From an uncultured Oscillospiraceae bacterium (lineage in GTDB: Bacteria; Bacillota; Clostridia; Oscillospirales; Oscillospiraceae): 64,000 bases of DNA. The stretch is from positions 1,443 through 65,442 of the forward strand of contig CAYWNW010000008.1 of the NCBI GenBank assembly GCA_964459785.1. The letters run 5' to 3'. Both the position numbers and the translations under genes were made by a program. A model generated the notes under the pieces. That model ran no database searches, had not been told where the DNA came from, and saw only the letters and a list, made by a program, of their open reading frames with translations. Below, one piece after another: positions 48,894-57,647 of the stretch (within the stretch, counting starts at the first letter, position 1; each line of letters begins with the position of its first letter).

Positions 48894-50522
48894 ATGAGTA
48901 TGTTTTGTTTTCAGTGCCAAGAAACGGCAAGAGGTACAGGCTGTGAAGTCCGCGGTGTATGCGGAAAAACCGAGGAGGTAGCAAAGCTTCAGGACTTGCT
49001 GATTTATACCCTGAAGGGAATCTCCGATATCGTTGTAAAGGGCAGGCTTGGAGTCGCAGAGTTGGGCGAGATTAACGGTGAAGTTTTAAGCAGCCTCTTT
49101 ATGACCATCACAAATGCGAACTTCGACGACGAAGCGATTGAGGAACAGATCAGAAAAATGCTGGCAATCCGCGATGGTCTCAATAAGAGTGCGGCGGTCA
49201 AGAATCTGCATGAATCGGCGAGTTTCAAGGTTTCCACAAAGGAAGAGATGCTTGAAAAAGCGGCAAAGGTCGGCGTTCTTTCCACACAGAACGAGGATGT
49301 TCGCTCCCTGCGAGAGATGATTACCTACGGCGTCAAGGGCATGGCGGCCTATGCCGAGCACGCGAAGAATCTGGGTGAGGAAGACCCCGATATAAGCGCC
49401 TTTATCTACGAGGCTCTCGCCGCAACGCTTGACGACTCGCTCACGGCAGACGAGCTTGTGGCGCTTACCCTTAAAACAGGAGAATACGGCGTTAAGGTTA
49501 TGGCACTGCTCGACGAGGCGAACACATCGAAATACGGCAATCCCGAAATAACCGAGGTTAACATCGGCGTTCGGAAAAACCCCGCGATACTGATTTCCGG
49601 TCATGACCTTACCGATTTGGAACAGCTTTTGGAGCAGACGAAGGGTACGGGGGTGGACGTTTATACCCACGGCGAAATGCTGCCCGCCCATTATTACCCC
49701 TTCTTCAAAAAATATGACAACTTTGCAGGCAACTACGGAAACGCATGGTGGAAGCAGGTGGGCGAATTTGAAAGCTTCCACGGTCCGATTTTGTTTACCA
49801 CTAACTGCATAGTTCCGCCCAGAAGCGAGGAAGTCAGAAGCAGAATTTTCACAACGGGCTCCGCGGGCTACCCCGGCTGTCTGAACATCCCCGCGGAAGA
49901 AAACGGGAAAAAGGATTTTTCCGAAATAATCGCCCTTGCGAAAACCCTGTCCGCCCCCGAAGAAATCGAAAACGGCAGTATAGTCGGCGGCTTTGCACAC
50001 AATCAGGTGTTCGCGCTGGCGGACAAGGTTGTTGAGGCTGTGAAATCAGGCGCTATTAAGAAGTTTTTCGTTATGGCGGGCTGCGACGGACGCATGAAGT
50101 CAAGAGATTATTATACGGAGTTCGCGGAAAAGCTCCCGAAGGACACCGTTATTCTGACAGCCGGCTGCGCGAAATACCGCTACAACAAGCTTAAGCTCGG
50201 CGATATAGGCGGGATACCCAGAGTTTTGGACGCGGGACAGTGCAACGATTCCTACTCTCTGGCACTGATTGCCCTGAAGCTCAAAGAGGTGTTTGGGCTT
50301 GACGACATCAACAAGCTCCCGATAGCCTACAACATCGCTTGGTATGAGCAAAAAGCCGTGATCGTGCTGCTCGCGCTGCTCTATCTGGGCGTGAAGAACA
50401 TCCATCTCGGGCCTACGCTCCCGGGCTTCCTCTCACCGAATGTGGCAAAGGTGCTGGTGGAGAAGTTCGGCATTGCCGGAATCGGTTCGGCAGAAGATGA
50501 TATAGCGCTCTTTATGGCATAG
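48894..50522 (+). CDS. hcp: Hybrid cluster protein / hydroxylamine reductase
   Basis: ATG at 48894 lies 7 nt after AGGAGG. The N-terminal motif CFQCQET...C......GVCGK is present, and the about 540-aa length is typical of class I/II Hcp. Confidence 0.95.
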   Translation: MSMFCFQCQETARGTGCEVRGVCGKTEEVAKLQDLLIYTLKGISDIVVKGRLGVAELGEINGEVLSSLFMTITNANFDDEAIEEQIRKMLAIRDGLNKSAAVKNLHESASFKVSTKEEMLEKAAKVGVLSTQNEDVRSLREMITYGVKGMAAYAEHAKNLGEEDPDISAFIYEALAATLDDSLTADELVALTLKTGEYGVKVMALLDEANTSKYGNPEITEVNIGVRKNPAILISGHDLTDLEQLLEQTKGTGVDVYTHGEMLPAHYYPFFKKYDNFAGNYGNAWWKQVGEFESFHGPILFTTNCIVPPRSEEVRSRIFTTGSAGYPGCLNIPAEENGKKDFSEIIALAKTLSAPEEIENGSIVGGFAHNQVFALADKVVEAVKSGAIKKFFVMAGCDGRMKSRDYYTEFAEKLPKDTVILTAGCAKYRYNKLKLGDIGGIPRVLDAGQCNDSYSLALIALKLKEVFGLDDINKLPIAYNIAWYEQKAVIVLLALLYLGVKNIHLGPTLPGFLSPNVAKVLVEKFGIAGIGSAEDDIALFMA

Positions 50523-50532
50523 AAAAAATAAG

Positions 50533-50579
50533 CACCGCCGTGAATCTTGAAACACAAAGATTCACGGCGGTGTTTTTTT
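50533..50579 (+). terminator. Rho-independent terminator after hcp
   Basis: 16-bp stem CACCGCCGTGAATCTT / AAGATTCACGGCGGTG followed by T7. Confidence 0.9.
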
Positions 50580-50626
50580 AACTATCAGGTTAAAGGACTG
50601 CATTTATTTATGCGAGGCTGCGGAGT

Positions 50627-51466
50627 TTATCCGACAAAGCTGTCATTATACCAAGTGCCCGTAGCCTGGGTTCCGTTAGCCCAGTAATAGGTTCCGTAAC
50701 CGTTGCGAACATCGTTTGAAAACGCACCGACGTACATATCGCCGCTTGGATAATAGTATGTTCCCTGACCCTCGCGGTAGCCGGCTACGAATTGACCTAC
50801 ATACTCGCCGCCGTCATAATAGTAATAGGTGCCCTGACCGTTCAGCAGCCCGTTTTTGAAGGTGCCGATATATGACGAGCCGCTGCTGTAAGTGCAGCTT
50901 CCGAAGCCGTCCGCCAGTCCGCTTGTTGCGGAAATATATCCCTTGTAAAGATAATTGACGCTGCCGATGGCGCCCTCAAGGTCGCCGAAATATCTGTCGT
51001 AGCTATTCGTTATTACAACGGTTCTGGAAGACGCCAGCCACGAAACATCAGCGCCCGAGCTCTCGCCGATAAATCTTGCCGGAACAAGGGTGCGTCCGTT
51101 AATAATCTGCGGTGCGACATCGAGGAAAACATCGATATCGCCGTAATAATCGCTGCTGATAGTGGCGCTGCTGTTGCCGATTTGGAGACCTATGGCAATT
51201 TCGGCGTTATAGGCATATACGCTCTGCGTTTCGGGATACCAAAGGACTGTCATACCCATTGCCTCAAAAATTGCACGCAGGGGAACAAGAGTTCGGCCGT
51301 CCTTGATTATCGGCTCCTGTGTGAAAGCAATGGCGATGCCGTTGTAAGTGACTGAAATGCCCGACGCCGCGTAAGCCCCCGATTTCAAGCCGCTGAACAA
51401 CGAAAATGCAAGTAAAAGCGATAGGGTGTATGCAAATAATCTATGCGTTTTTTTAGTGTTGGACAT
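50627..51466 (-). CDS. Secreted protein: copper-amine-oxidase N-terminal-like (stalk) domain + MORN repeats
   Basis: ATG at 51466 follows GGAGG. The protein has a signal peptide and two RTLVP(L/A)R(A/F)I segments. C-terminal YxGxFxxGxxxGxGTYYY repeats are MORN-like. Confidence 0.7.
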   Translation of the reverse strand: MSNTKKTHRLFAYTLSLLLAFSLFSGLKSGAYAASGISVTYNGIAIAFTQEPIIKDGRTLVPLRAIFEAMGMTVLWYPETQSVYAYNAEIAIGLQIGNSSATISSDYYGDIDVFLDVAPQIINGRTLVPARFIGESSGADVSWLASSRTVVITNSYDRYFGDLEGAIGSVNYLYKGYISATSGLADGFGSCTYSSGSSYIGTFKNGLLNGQGTYYYYDGGEYVGQFVAGYREGQGTYYYPSGDMYVGAFSNDVRNGYGTYYWANGTQATGTWYNDSFVG

Positions 51467-51588
51467 TTTTGTCGCCTCCATTTTTTGGTATGTGGTATTA
51501 AGATACTATATCAGCCCTTGCTTTGTAAAGCTTTACTTATTTGCGCTTCCTGACATAGCAAGAATAAGCTGCAACAGAAGCCGGAGTA

Positions 51589-52932
51589 TTATTTCAGTTG
51601 GAATCTTATTTCAAATAAGCTTCCCTTGTTAAGCTCGCTTTTAACATGAACTGTTCCGCCGTGCAGCTCCGCTATCCACCTGACTATGGACAGGCCCAGC
51701 CCGGGACTGGAATTGATGCTGGATTGGTCTTCCTTAAAAAACCGGTCCCATATTTTTGGCAGGGTCTTTTTTGAAATGCCGATTCCGCCGTCCTCTACAA
51801 TTAGGCTTACTGTTTTCTTGCTTTCGTGAAGCGAGACCTTAACCCAGCCGCCCGGCACGTTGTATTTTAGCGCGTTGTCAATCAGGTTAACCAGCAATCT
51901 GATGAAAAGTGTTTGCTCTACCGTCATGATAATGCCGTCTTCAATATCGGAGGAGATGGAAATGTCGGGATAATCGGTTCTTTCAAGCGTTTCGTCGACT
52001 ATGGCTTTTGTCAGCCGACTGATATCGATTGACTCCATTTCGGGAGCGTAATTCCCGTCGCTGCTTCTTGCCATCATGAGCAGCTGAGAAATCAGGGAGT
52101 TTATTTTTCTGCCCTCTTTAAGGATGACCTCAAGATTTTCTTTATATTCCTCCACGGTTTTGTCATCACTCAGCGCATCCTCGGCGCTTAATATGATTGC
52201 CGTAATAGGGGTACGGAGCTCGTGAGAAACATCGGAGGAAAAGCGCTTTTCCTGATTAAACGAAGCCTCAAGTCGGTCAAGCATTTCGTCAAAGGTATCG
52301 GCCAGCATTCCTACCTCATCGTTGGAACGCTTAAAATGAAAGCGTTTTGAAAAATCACCCCTGCCAATCTGTTTGGCTTTTTTTGTTATTTGGACGACGG
52401 GGGCCAATGTGCGTTTGATAAAGAATCCGCCGAAGAGCGCGATTGCAATATAAACGGGTATGATTATGTATATTAGTGTCTGAAAGTTGTTTAGGGTTTC
52501 GTCGACGGAGCCAAGCGACTTTACCGCCCTGAGCCAGCCGAGGTTTTCTCCGTTTTTAGTTATTTCGTAATCGTAAATCATCCATTTGTGGCCGCCGGAT
52601 TCCTCCAGATACATCCTGCCCAATGCGGGCTGCGCTTCAAGGTCGAAGGCGGGAGGCATTTTTCCCGAAAGCAGAACATTATCGTTGGAATAAACAGCCA
52701 CATAGGTTCCTGTTTCAACAAAATCCAAATCGCTGTTAAGCTCAATCGTGTTATTTTCAAACTCGAGAGTCTCAGATACCCGTTCCATTTCGGCGGCAAG
52801 GAGACTTTTTGTGTCGTCGTACAGGCTGTTCGAGAGTGTAAAATACATTAAAGGCAGAGCCGAAACAAGAATCAGGACGAGCAGAGTAGAGTACCAAAGC
52901 ATGATTTTCCATTTAATCGTAAGCTTTTTCAT
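51589..52932 (-). CDS. Sensor histidine kinase (2 TM, HAMP, HisKA, HATPase_c)
   Basis: H-box SHELRTPIT, N-box NLIDNALKY, G-boxes DGGIGI and GLGLSIV. Confidence 0.9.
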   Translation of the reverse strand: MKKLTIKWKIMLWYSTLLVLILVSALPLMYFTLSNSLYDDTKSLLAAEMERVSETLEFENNTIELNSDLDFVETGTYVAVYSNDNVLLSGKMPPAFDLEAQPALGRMYLEESGGHKWMIYDYEITKNGENLGWLRAVKSLGSVDETLNNFQTLIYIIIPVYIAIALFGGFFIKRTLAPVVQITKKAKQIGRGDFSKRFHFKRSNDEVGMLADTFDEMLDRLEASFNQEKRFSSDVSHELRTPITAIILSAEDALSDDKTVEEYKENLEVILKEGRKINSLISQLLMMARSSDGNYAPEMESIDISRLTKAIVDETLERTDYPDISISSDIEDGIIMTVEQTLFIRLLVNLIDNALKYNVPGGWVKVSLHESKKTVSLIVEDGGIGISKKTLPKIWDRFFKEDQSSINSSPGLGLSIVRWIAELHGGTVHVKSELNKGSLFEIRFQLK

Positions 52933-53603
52933 TCCGGCTCCTTTATAGAATATCCGCTGCCTCGTATAGTGCTTATAAGCTTCAAATTAAAACCTTCATC
53001 AATTTTTGACCTTAAATATCGAATATAAACATCAACAATGTTGGAGGAACAGTCAAAATCAAAATTCCAGACATGTTCGACAATCTGCGTTCTGGTAAGC
53101 ACGCGGTTTTTATTTCGCAGCAAGTATTCAAGAATAGCAAATTCTTTGCTTGTCAGTTCGATTTTTTGATTTGAACGCGAAACCTCATGACTTGATAAAT
53201 TCATGGTTAAATCGGCAACGGTAAGCTCGTTTTTTCTCTCGGGACCCTGACGGCGGAGCAAAACGCGTATTCTTGCCAGCAGCTCGTCAAATGAAAAAGG
53301 TTTTACAAGATAGTCGTCGGCTCCGCAATCCAGACCGCGAACACGGTCCTCGACACTATCCCTTGCCGTTAAAAGAAGCACGGGAGTCAAATTACCTTGA
53401 TTTCGCATTTCTTTAAGTATAGACAGTCCGTCCTTGCCGGGGAGCATAATGTCAAGAATAATGCAATCAAATTCACCCATGGATATGTAGGACTGCGCGT
53501 CTGCGCCGTTACGGCAGGTATCAACACTGTATCCTGATTTTTCAAGGCATTTTGCTGTTGCAGTTAATATTGACTTATTGTCCTCAACAAGTAACAATCT
53601 CAT
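52929..53603 (-). CDS. OmpR-family response regulator
   Basis: ATG at 53603 (MRLLLVEDN). Receiver Asp in CIILDIMLPGKDG, and a winged-helix C-terminus (LTSKEFAILEYL...IRGSGY). It overlaps the kinase start. Confidence 0.9.
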   Translation of the reverse strand: MRLLLVEDNKSILTATAKCLEKSGYSVDTCRNGADAQSYISMGEFDCIILDIMLPGKDGLSILKEMRNQGNLTPVLLLTARDSVEDRVRGLDCGADDYLVKPFSFDELLARIRVLLRRQGPERKNELTVADLTMNLSSHEVSRSNQKIELTSKEFAILEYLLRNKNRVLTRTQIVEHVWNFDFDCSSNIVDVYIRYLRSKIDEGFNLKLISTIRGSGYSIKEPE

Positions 53604-53847
53604 AAAAAACCGGCCTTTCAACGTTGATCAATTTAATTATAAAGAAAAAATTACTAAATATCAATATTAACAGTCGAATGTTATCTCTTGACAAATTGTG
53701 CCAAATAATCGCTTGTAGTTTCACTTTTTTTAACATCGCTGAGGGGTAAAAAGGCGAAATAAAAAACTTTTACAATTATTTGCAAATTTAATGACATTTT
53801 AATGTTTAAATGGTAAGTTGTGAGAACAAAACAGTATGTTAAGATAT

Positions 53848-54007
53848 TCATGCGACGATAATAGCAAATCTATCGAAAGGTAGAGACGCAAAGCTAAGGG
53901 GTCTAAGGTCGAAAGACTATGACAGCCCGGTTGCCGAATTGTTTTAGTGCTTAATTGCGCTATCACTCTATTTGTGCAGCCATCGGCTGTGGAAATAGAG
54001 GTTTTTT
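53848..54007 (+). promoter_or_regulatory. c-di-GMP-I (GEMM-I) riboswitch, copy A: aptamer about 53855-53940 + intrinsic terminator 53966-54007
   Basis: AGCAAAUC..UAUC-GAAA-GGUAGA-GACGCAAAGC core. A second hairpin carries CUAAG / UAUG tetraloop-receptor halves around a GAAA loop, followed by AGCCCGGUUGCC. Then comes the CTCTATTT...AAATAGAG hairpin followed by T6. Confidence 0.8.
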
Positions 54008-54037
54008 GTTTCTCGGGCAAATTTTTAATTTCTATAC

Positions 54038-54197
54038 TCATGCAACGATAATAGCAAATCTATCGAAAGGTAGAGACGCAAAGCTAAGGGGTCTAAGGCC
54101 GAAAGACTATGACAGCCCGGTTGCCGAATTGTTTTAGTGCTTAATAGCGCTAATACTCTGTTTGCGCAGCCATTGGCTGACAAGCAGAGTTTTTTAT
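54038..54197 (+). promoter_or_regulatory. c-di-GMP-I (GEMM-I) riboswitch, copy B: aptamer + intrinsic terminator 54156-54195
   Basis: This 190-bp tandem duplicate of copy A has a near-identical aptamer (a few substitutions) and a diverged but still hairpin-forming expression platform followed by T6. It lies 30 nt upstream of the prepilin peptidase ATG. Confidence 0.8.
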
Positions 54198-54226
54198 TGA
54201 GAGGGTGATTTATTATCAGCATTATC

Positions 54227-54871
54227 ATGACGCTAATACTCGGAATTGCCGGGGCGGCTCTGGGATTTGCAGTTCCCTATATTGCAAACAGCATCGCCGC
54301 GTACAAGTGCCGAAAAAAGAAAATGGAGCTCGCTTCTGACGAACGCTATTCCGCTATATATCTCAAACTTGGATTTTGTGTTCTTAATGGATGCGTTTGG
54401 GGAATTTCGGGTTATATTGCGGATTATATGCCGGCCGCGGTTCTTATGGCATTTCTGTTTACAGCCGCCTTACTGATCGCAATTATTGACATTCGCATAC
54501 GGATTGTCCCAAATGAGCTTTTGCTGGTTATGATTGTGACGGGGACGGCGTTTCAGGCGATGAAATTCGGATACACGGCGATTTTGCTGTCGCTTGTATG
54601 CATGGCTGTAATGGTGGTCTTCTTCACTTTGGTTGCCGGTATGGTGGGCTTCGAAAAAGTGGGAGCGGGCGATGTAAAACTGGCTGGAGCAATGGGACTT
54701 GCTCTGGGATACCCCAATGTGCTTACAGCGCTGGTTATCATGAGCGCAGTTTTTGTAGTATTCAGTCTGATAGGACTGGTTCTCAGAAAACTGACCTTAA
54801 AGACCATGTTGCCCTTTGCACCTTTCATGATGATTGGAATGATTTTTACACTTGCTTATATGGCTTGGTAG
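54227..54871 (+). CDS. tadV: A24-family prepilin peptidase (TadV/CpaA-like)
   Basis: 214-aa polytopic protein with catalytic Asp contexts IAIIDIRIRIVPNE and GAGDVKLAGAMG. Confidence 0.85.
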   Translation: MTLILGIAGAALGFAVPYIANSIAAYKCRKKKMELASDERYSAIYLKLGFCVLNGCVWGISGYIADYMPAAVLMAFLFTAALLIAIIDIRIRIVPNELLLVMIVTGTAFQAMKFGYTAILLSLVCMAVMVVFFTLVAGMVGFEKVGAGDVKLAGAMGLALGYPNVLTALVIMSAVFVVFSLIGLVLRKLTLKTMLPFAPFMMIGMIFTLAYMAW

Positions 54872-54978
54872 CTTAAGCATAAGTAACGTAAGCAGAAAGA
54901 CCGTGGTTCTATTATCCGTAGATTACCATTACAAATGGTTTTCACATACAGCAAAATTATATTAAGAGGAATGAGAAA

Positions 54979-55140
54979 ATGAAGAAATTTGTGAGTTGGC
55001 TAAGAAATGAAGAGAGTGGTCAGGGCATGGTGGAATACGGGTTGATTATTGCTTTAATGGCGGCTGTAATCATCGCTGCTATCGCAATTCTCGGACCCAA
55101 GATAAAAGACATGTTTACAAATATGAATTTTGGAGGGTAA
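54979..55140 (+). CDS. flp: Flp-family type IVb pilin (53 aa, below the ORF-track cutoff)
   Basis: Hand-translated as MKKFVSWLRNEESGQGMVEYGLIIALMAAVIIAAIAILGPKIKDMFTNMNFGG. It carries the Flp motif GQGMVEYGLI. AAGAGGA lies 8 nt upstream. Confidence 0.85.
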   Translation: MKKFVSWLRNEESGQGMVEYGLIIALMAAVIIAAIAILGPKIKDMFTNMNFGG

Positions 55141-55144
55141 AAAA

Positions 55145-55318
55145 ATGAAAAAAATTGCAAATTGGCTGAAGAACGAAGAAAGTGGTCAGGGCATGGTAGA
55201 GTACGGTTTGATTATAGCTTTGATGGCTGCTGTAATCATTGCCGGAATAGCAATTCTCGGTCCCAAAATCAAAGCGGTGTTTGAGGGCATGAATTTCGGC
55301 GCAGCAAGCGGAGGTTAA
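55145..55318 (+). CDS. flp: Flp-family type IVb pilin, second paralogue
   Basis: ATG at 55145 follows GGAGGG. The product MKKIANWLKNEESGQGMVEYGLIIALMAAVIIAGIAILGPKIKAVFEG... is near-identical to the first copy over the core. Confidence 0.85.
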   Translation: MKKIANWLKNEESGQGMVEYGLIIALMAAVIIAGIAILGPKIKAVFEGMNFGAASGG

Positions 55319-55439
55319 ACCGCATTGCCTGTGACAAAGCAGTAAAGTATTCAATACATAGTCAGATGTCTTAAGTTCTGCTTCAGAGGCGGGTTCAAGC
55401 TTAATCAGCCGCGAGCCTGCCTCTGATTTAAAAAAGGCG

Positions 55440-55841
55440 GTGGTAAGTGTGCGCTCCAAAAGTGAAAAAGGGCAGGCAATGGTCGAGTTTGCGCTGCTGT
55501 TGCCGATACTTTTGCTGATTTTAAGCGGTATTATTAACTTTGGATGGATTTTTGGCAATCAGCTTTTGGCCAACAATGTGTCCAGGGAAGCCGCCAGATA
55601 CACAGCGATACACTACTATGACAGCCTTACGGATGACGACAGATTGATTGCGGAAGAAATTGTTGCGGAAAGAGCGCCGACGCTTGTTTCACCGGTTGTT
55701 ACTTTAGTCAAATCCGCTGCGGGCGATTCGATTACTGTTAATGTTGTTTGCAGCGTCAAGCTGCTAACTCCTTTGATGTCGGCAATGTTTCCTGACGGAG
55801 AATACTCGGTAACCGCACAATGTGCAATGAGGTTGGAGTGA
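55440..55841 (+). CDS. tadE: TadE-like pseudopilin
   Basis: 133 aa with the N-terminal EKGQAMVEFALLLPILLLILSGIINFG TadE/G-like hydrophobic segment. Confidence 0.8.
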   Translation: MVSVRSKSEKGQAMVEFALLLPILLLILSGIINFGWIFGNQLLANNVSREAARYTAIHYYDSLTDDDRLIAEEIVAERAPTLVSPVVTLVKSAAGDSITVNVVCSVKLLTPLMSAMFPDGEYSVTAQCAMRLE

Positions 55842-55867
55842 AAAACTGATTCGCGGCCGGAAGGGTG

Positions 55868-56869
55868 ATGGGGATGCGAAAACTTATAATAAAATTCTCC
55901 TGCGAACAACGCGGCTCTGTCGCAATCGTTACAGCGATGTTAATGGTTGTACTAATCGGAGTTTCGGCCTTCGCTCTTGATTTCGGCGTTAATTACGACA
56001 ATGCCTCAAGACTGCAAAACTCTCTTGACAGCGCAGTTCTGGCGGCACTTCAGGAATTGCCGGCAGATAGTACCAGCTCTTCTGACTGGGCGGCTGCTGA
56101 AAATGTTGCAATTGCGTACGCCGCTTTAAATGGGTTTGACATAGACACAAATGATATCGAGCCGATATATAAAAATAATATTGCGGAAGACGGTATCATA
56201 GGGCTTAAAGCAACAAAAAGCGTTGTAGTTGAATATAATTTTGCAAAAGTTTTCGGAATTGATTCGGGCACGGTTACACGCTCATCCTCTGCGGGACTTG
56301 TTCCGATTGGCGGCATCACAGGAGCTGTGCCGCTGAGTATTACTTCGTCCAGCTTGAGCAACGCTATAGAAAAAGGCGTATATACAGGGCTGACGATAAA
56401 ATGCAGCTCGTCTACAGGTGAAATAGGAATAGACTGTACAGGAGTTAAAGGCTGGTTCGGAGCCTTGCAGTTTGACGGCACCGGAGCAAGCACCTATGCT
56501 AACCTGCTGACATTTGGCTATACCGGGGTTTTGACAGTGGGACAAGTTCTCGAAATGGAGAACGGCAATATGTCGGGCCCGACAATGGACGGCTTCACAA
56601 CGCGCTATAACAAATGCAAAGACGGCTGCACGGCACAAAACTATCTGCCTGATTGTCCGAGACTGGTATACGTCCCGGTGGTTGAAGTAATTTCCGGCAG
56701 CGAGGTTAAAATTGTATCCTTTGCATCTTTCTTTCTTGAATCGTGCGGCGGCAACGGAAACGATTCATACATTAAAGCTACATATATTGAAGGCACTGTC
56801 GTTCCCGATTCCGCGTCAGGATTAAGCGGACAGGACTTTGGTCTTTATGTCGGAAAACTGTTAGATTGA
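55868..56869 (+). CDS. TadG-like / Tad_N pilus assembly protein
   Basis: The N-terminal segment EQRGSVAIVTAMLMVVLIGVSAFALDFG is typical of TadG-type proteins. About 333 aa. The start is ambiguous (55865, 55868 or 55874). Confidence 0.7.
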   Translation: MGMRKLIIKFSCEQRGSVAIVTAMLMVVLIGVSAFALDFGVNYDNASRLQNSLDSAVLAALQELPADSTSSSDWAAAENVAIAYAALNGFDIDTNDIEPIYKNNIAEDGIIGLKATKSVVVEYNFAKVFGIDSGTVTRSSSAGLVPIGGITGAVPLSITSSSLSNAIEKGVYTGLTIKCSSSTGEIGIDCTGVKGWFGALQFDGTGASTYANLLTFGYTGVLTVGQVLEMENGNMSGPTMDGFTTRYNKCKDGCTAQNYLPDCPRLVYVPVVEVISGSEVKIVSFASFFLESCGGNGNDSYIKATYIEGTVVPDSASGLSGQDFGLYVGKLLD

Positions 56870-56902
56870 TAAAATTTGCTTGGCGATTGGAGGTTTTTGG
56901 CA

Positions 56903-57628
56903 GTGAAAAAAGTTAAGATACTGGCTGTCGTTTCTGCGGTTGCCACAGCATTGCTCCTATATTTATTCTTGGGGTCGCTGGGCCGCCCGACGGCAACAGC
57001 GACGATGAGCGTTATCGTGGCGGCCTCGGATATTCCGGCAAACACGCCTATTACCAATGAAATGATTAAGACCGCTGAGCTCCCGGCAGCTTCGGTTGTT
57101 ACGGGGGCCTTAACGGACAGAACTAAAGTCGTGGGTAAAATCGCCAGTGCTGAGATATTTGTCGGTGAACAGCTACTAGAGGCCAAACTCGTATCAATGG
57201 GGGAAAGCGGCAACAAGACGCTCGCTTATGCCATTGAGCCGGGTATGCGCGCGATTACCATTCCCGTCGACGAAACCAGCGGCTTGGCATACATGATAAC
57301 ACCGGGGAATATGGTCGATATTATCGGCGAGTTTGTAAGTACGGAAACGAGTGACGACGGCAGTACTTCCTCAAAAAAGTCGTATACAACAATGGTCCTG
57401 GAAAACATCGCCGTTCTTGCCGTGGACAATGTTTTTTCAGAGGACGGCAAGGCGGACAGCGACGCTCCCGCTTATACGACCTTAACGCTGCAGGTTACGC
57501 CTAAGCAGGCCATGGTGCTGAGCGCGGCACAGTTTGAGGGACAGATAAGGGTGATTTTGAGATCTCCCGTGGATAATCAGGAAACTAACCAGCCAAGCCT
57601 GTCACTTGACGATGTAATGGTGAAATGA
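56903..57628 (+). CDS. cpaB: Flp pilus assembly protein CpaB (SAF domain)
   Basis: GTG at 56903 lies 9 nt after GGAGG. The protein has an N-terminal TM helix, a SAF-like segment (VIVAASDIPANTPIT) and a RcpC/CpaB C-terminal domain. Confidence 0.8.
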   Translation: MKKVKILAVVSAVATALLLYLFLGSLGRPTATATMSVIVAASDIPANTPITNEMIKTAELPAASVVTGALTDRTKVVGKIASAEIFVGEQLLEAKLVSMGESGNKTLAYAIEPGMRAITIPVDETSGLAYMITPGNMVDIIGEFVSTETSDDGSTSSKKSYTTMVLENIAVLAVDNVFSEDGKADSDAPAYTTLTLQVTPKQAMVLSAAQFEGQIRVILRSPVDNQETNQPSLSLDDVMVK

Positions 57629-57647
57629 GCGATGGAGTGAGATTGAA

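Noticed and set aside
53799-54228. Two minus-strand ORFs (80 and 67 aa) with near-identical peptide segments.
   Set aside because: Their similarity is just the translated image of the 190-bp duplicated riboswitch. The region has clear RNA-structure logic (aptamer plus terminator) on the plus strand and no RBS on the minus strand.
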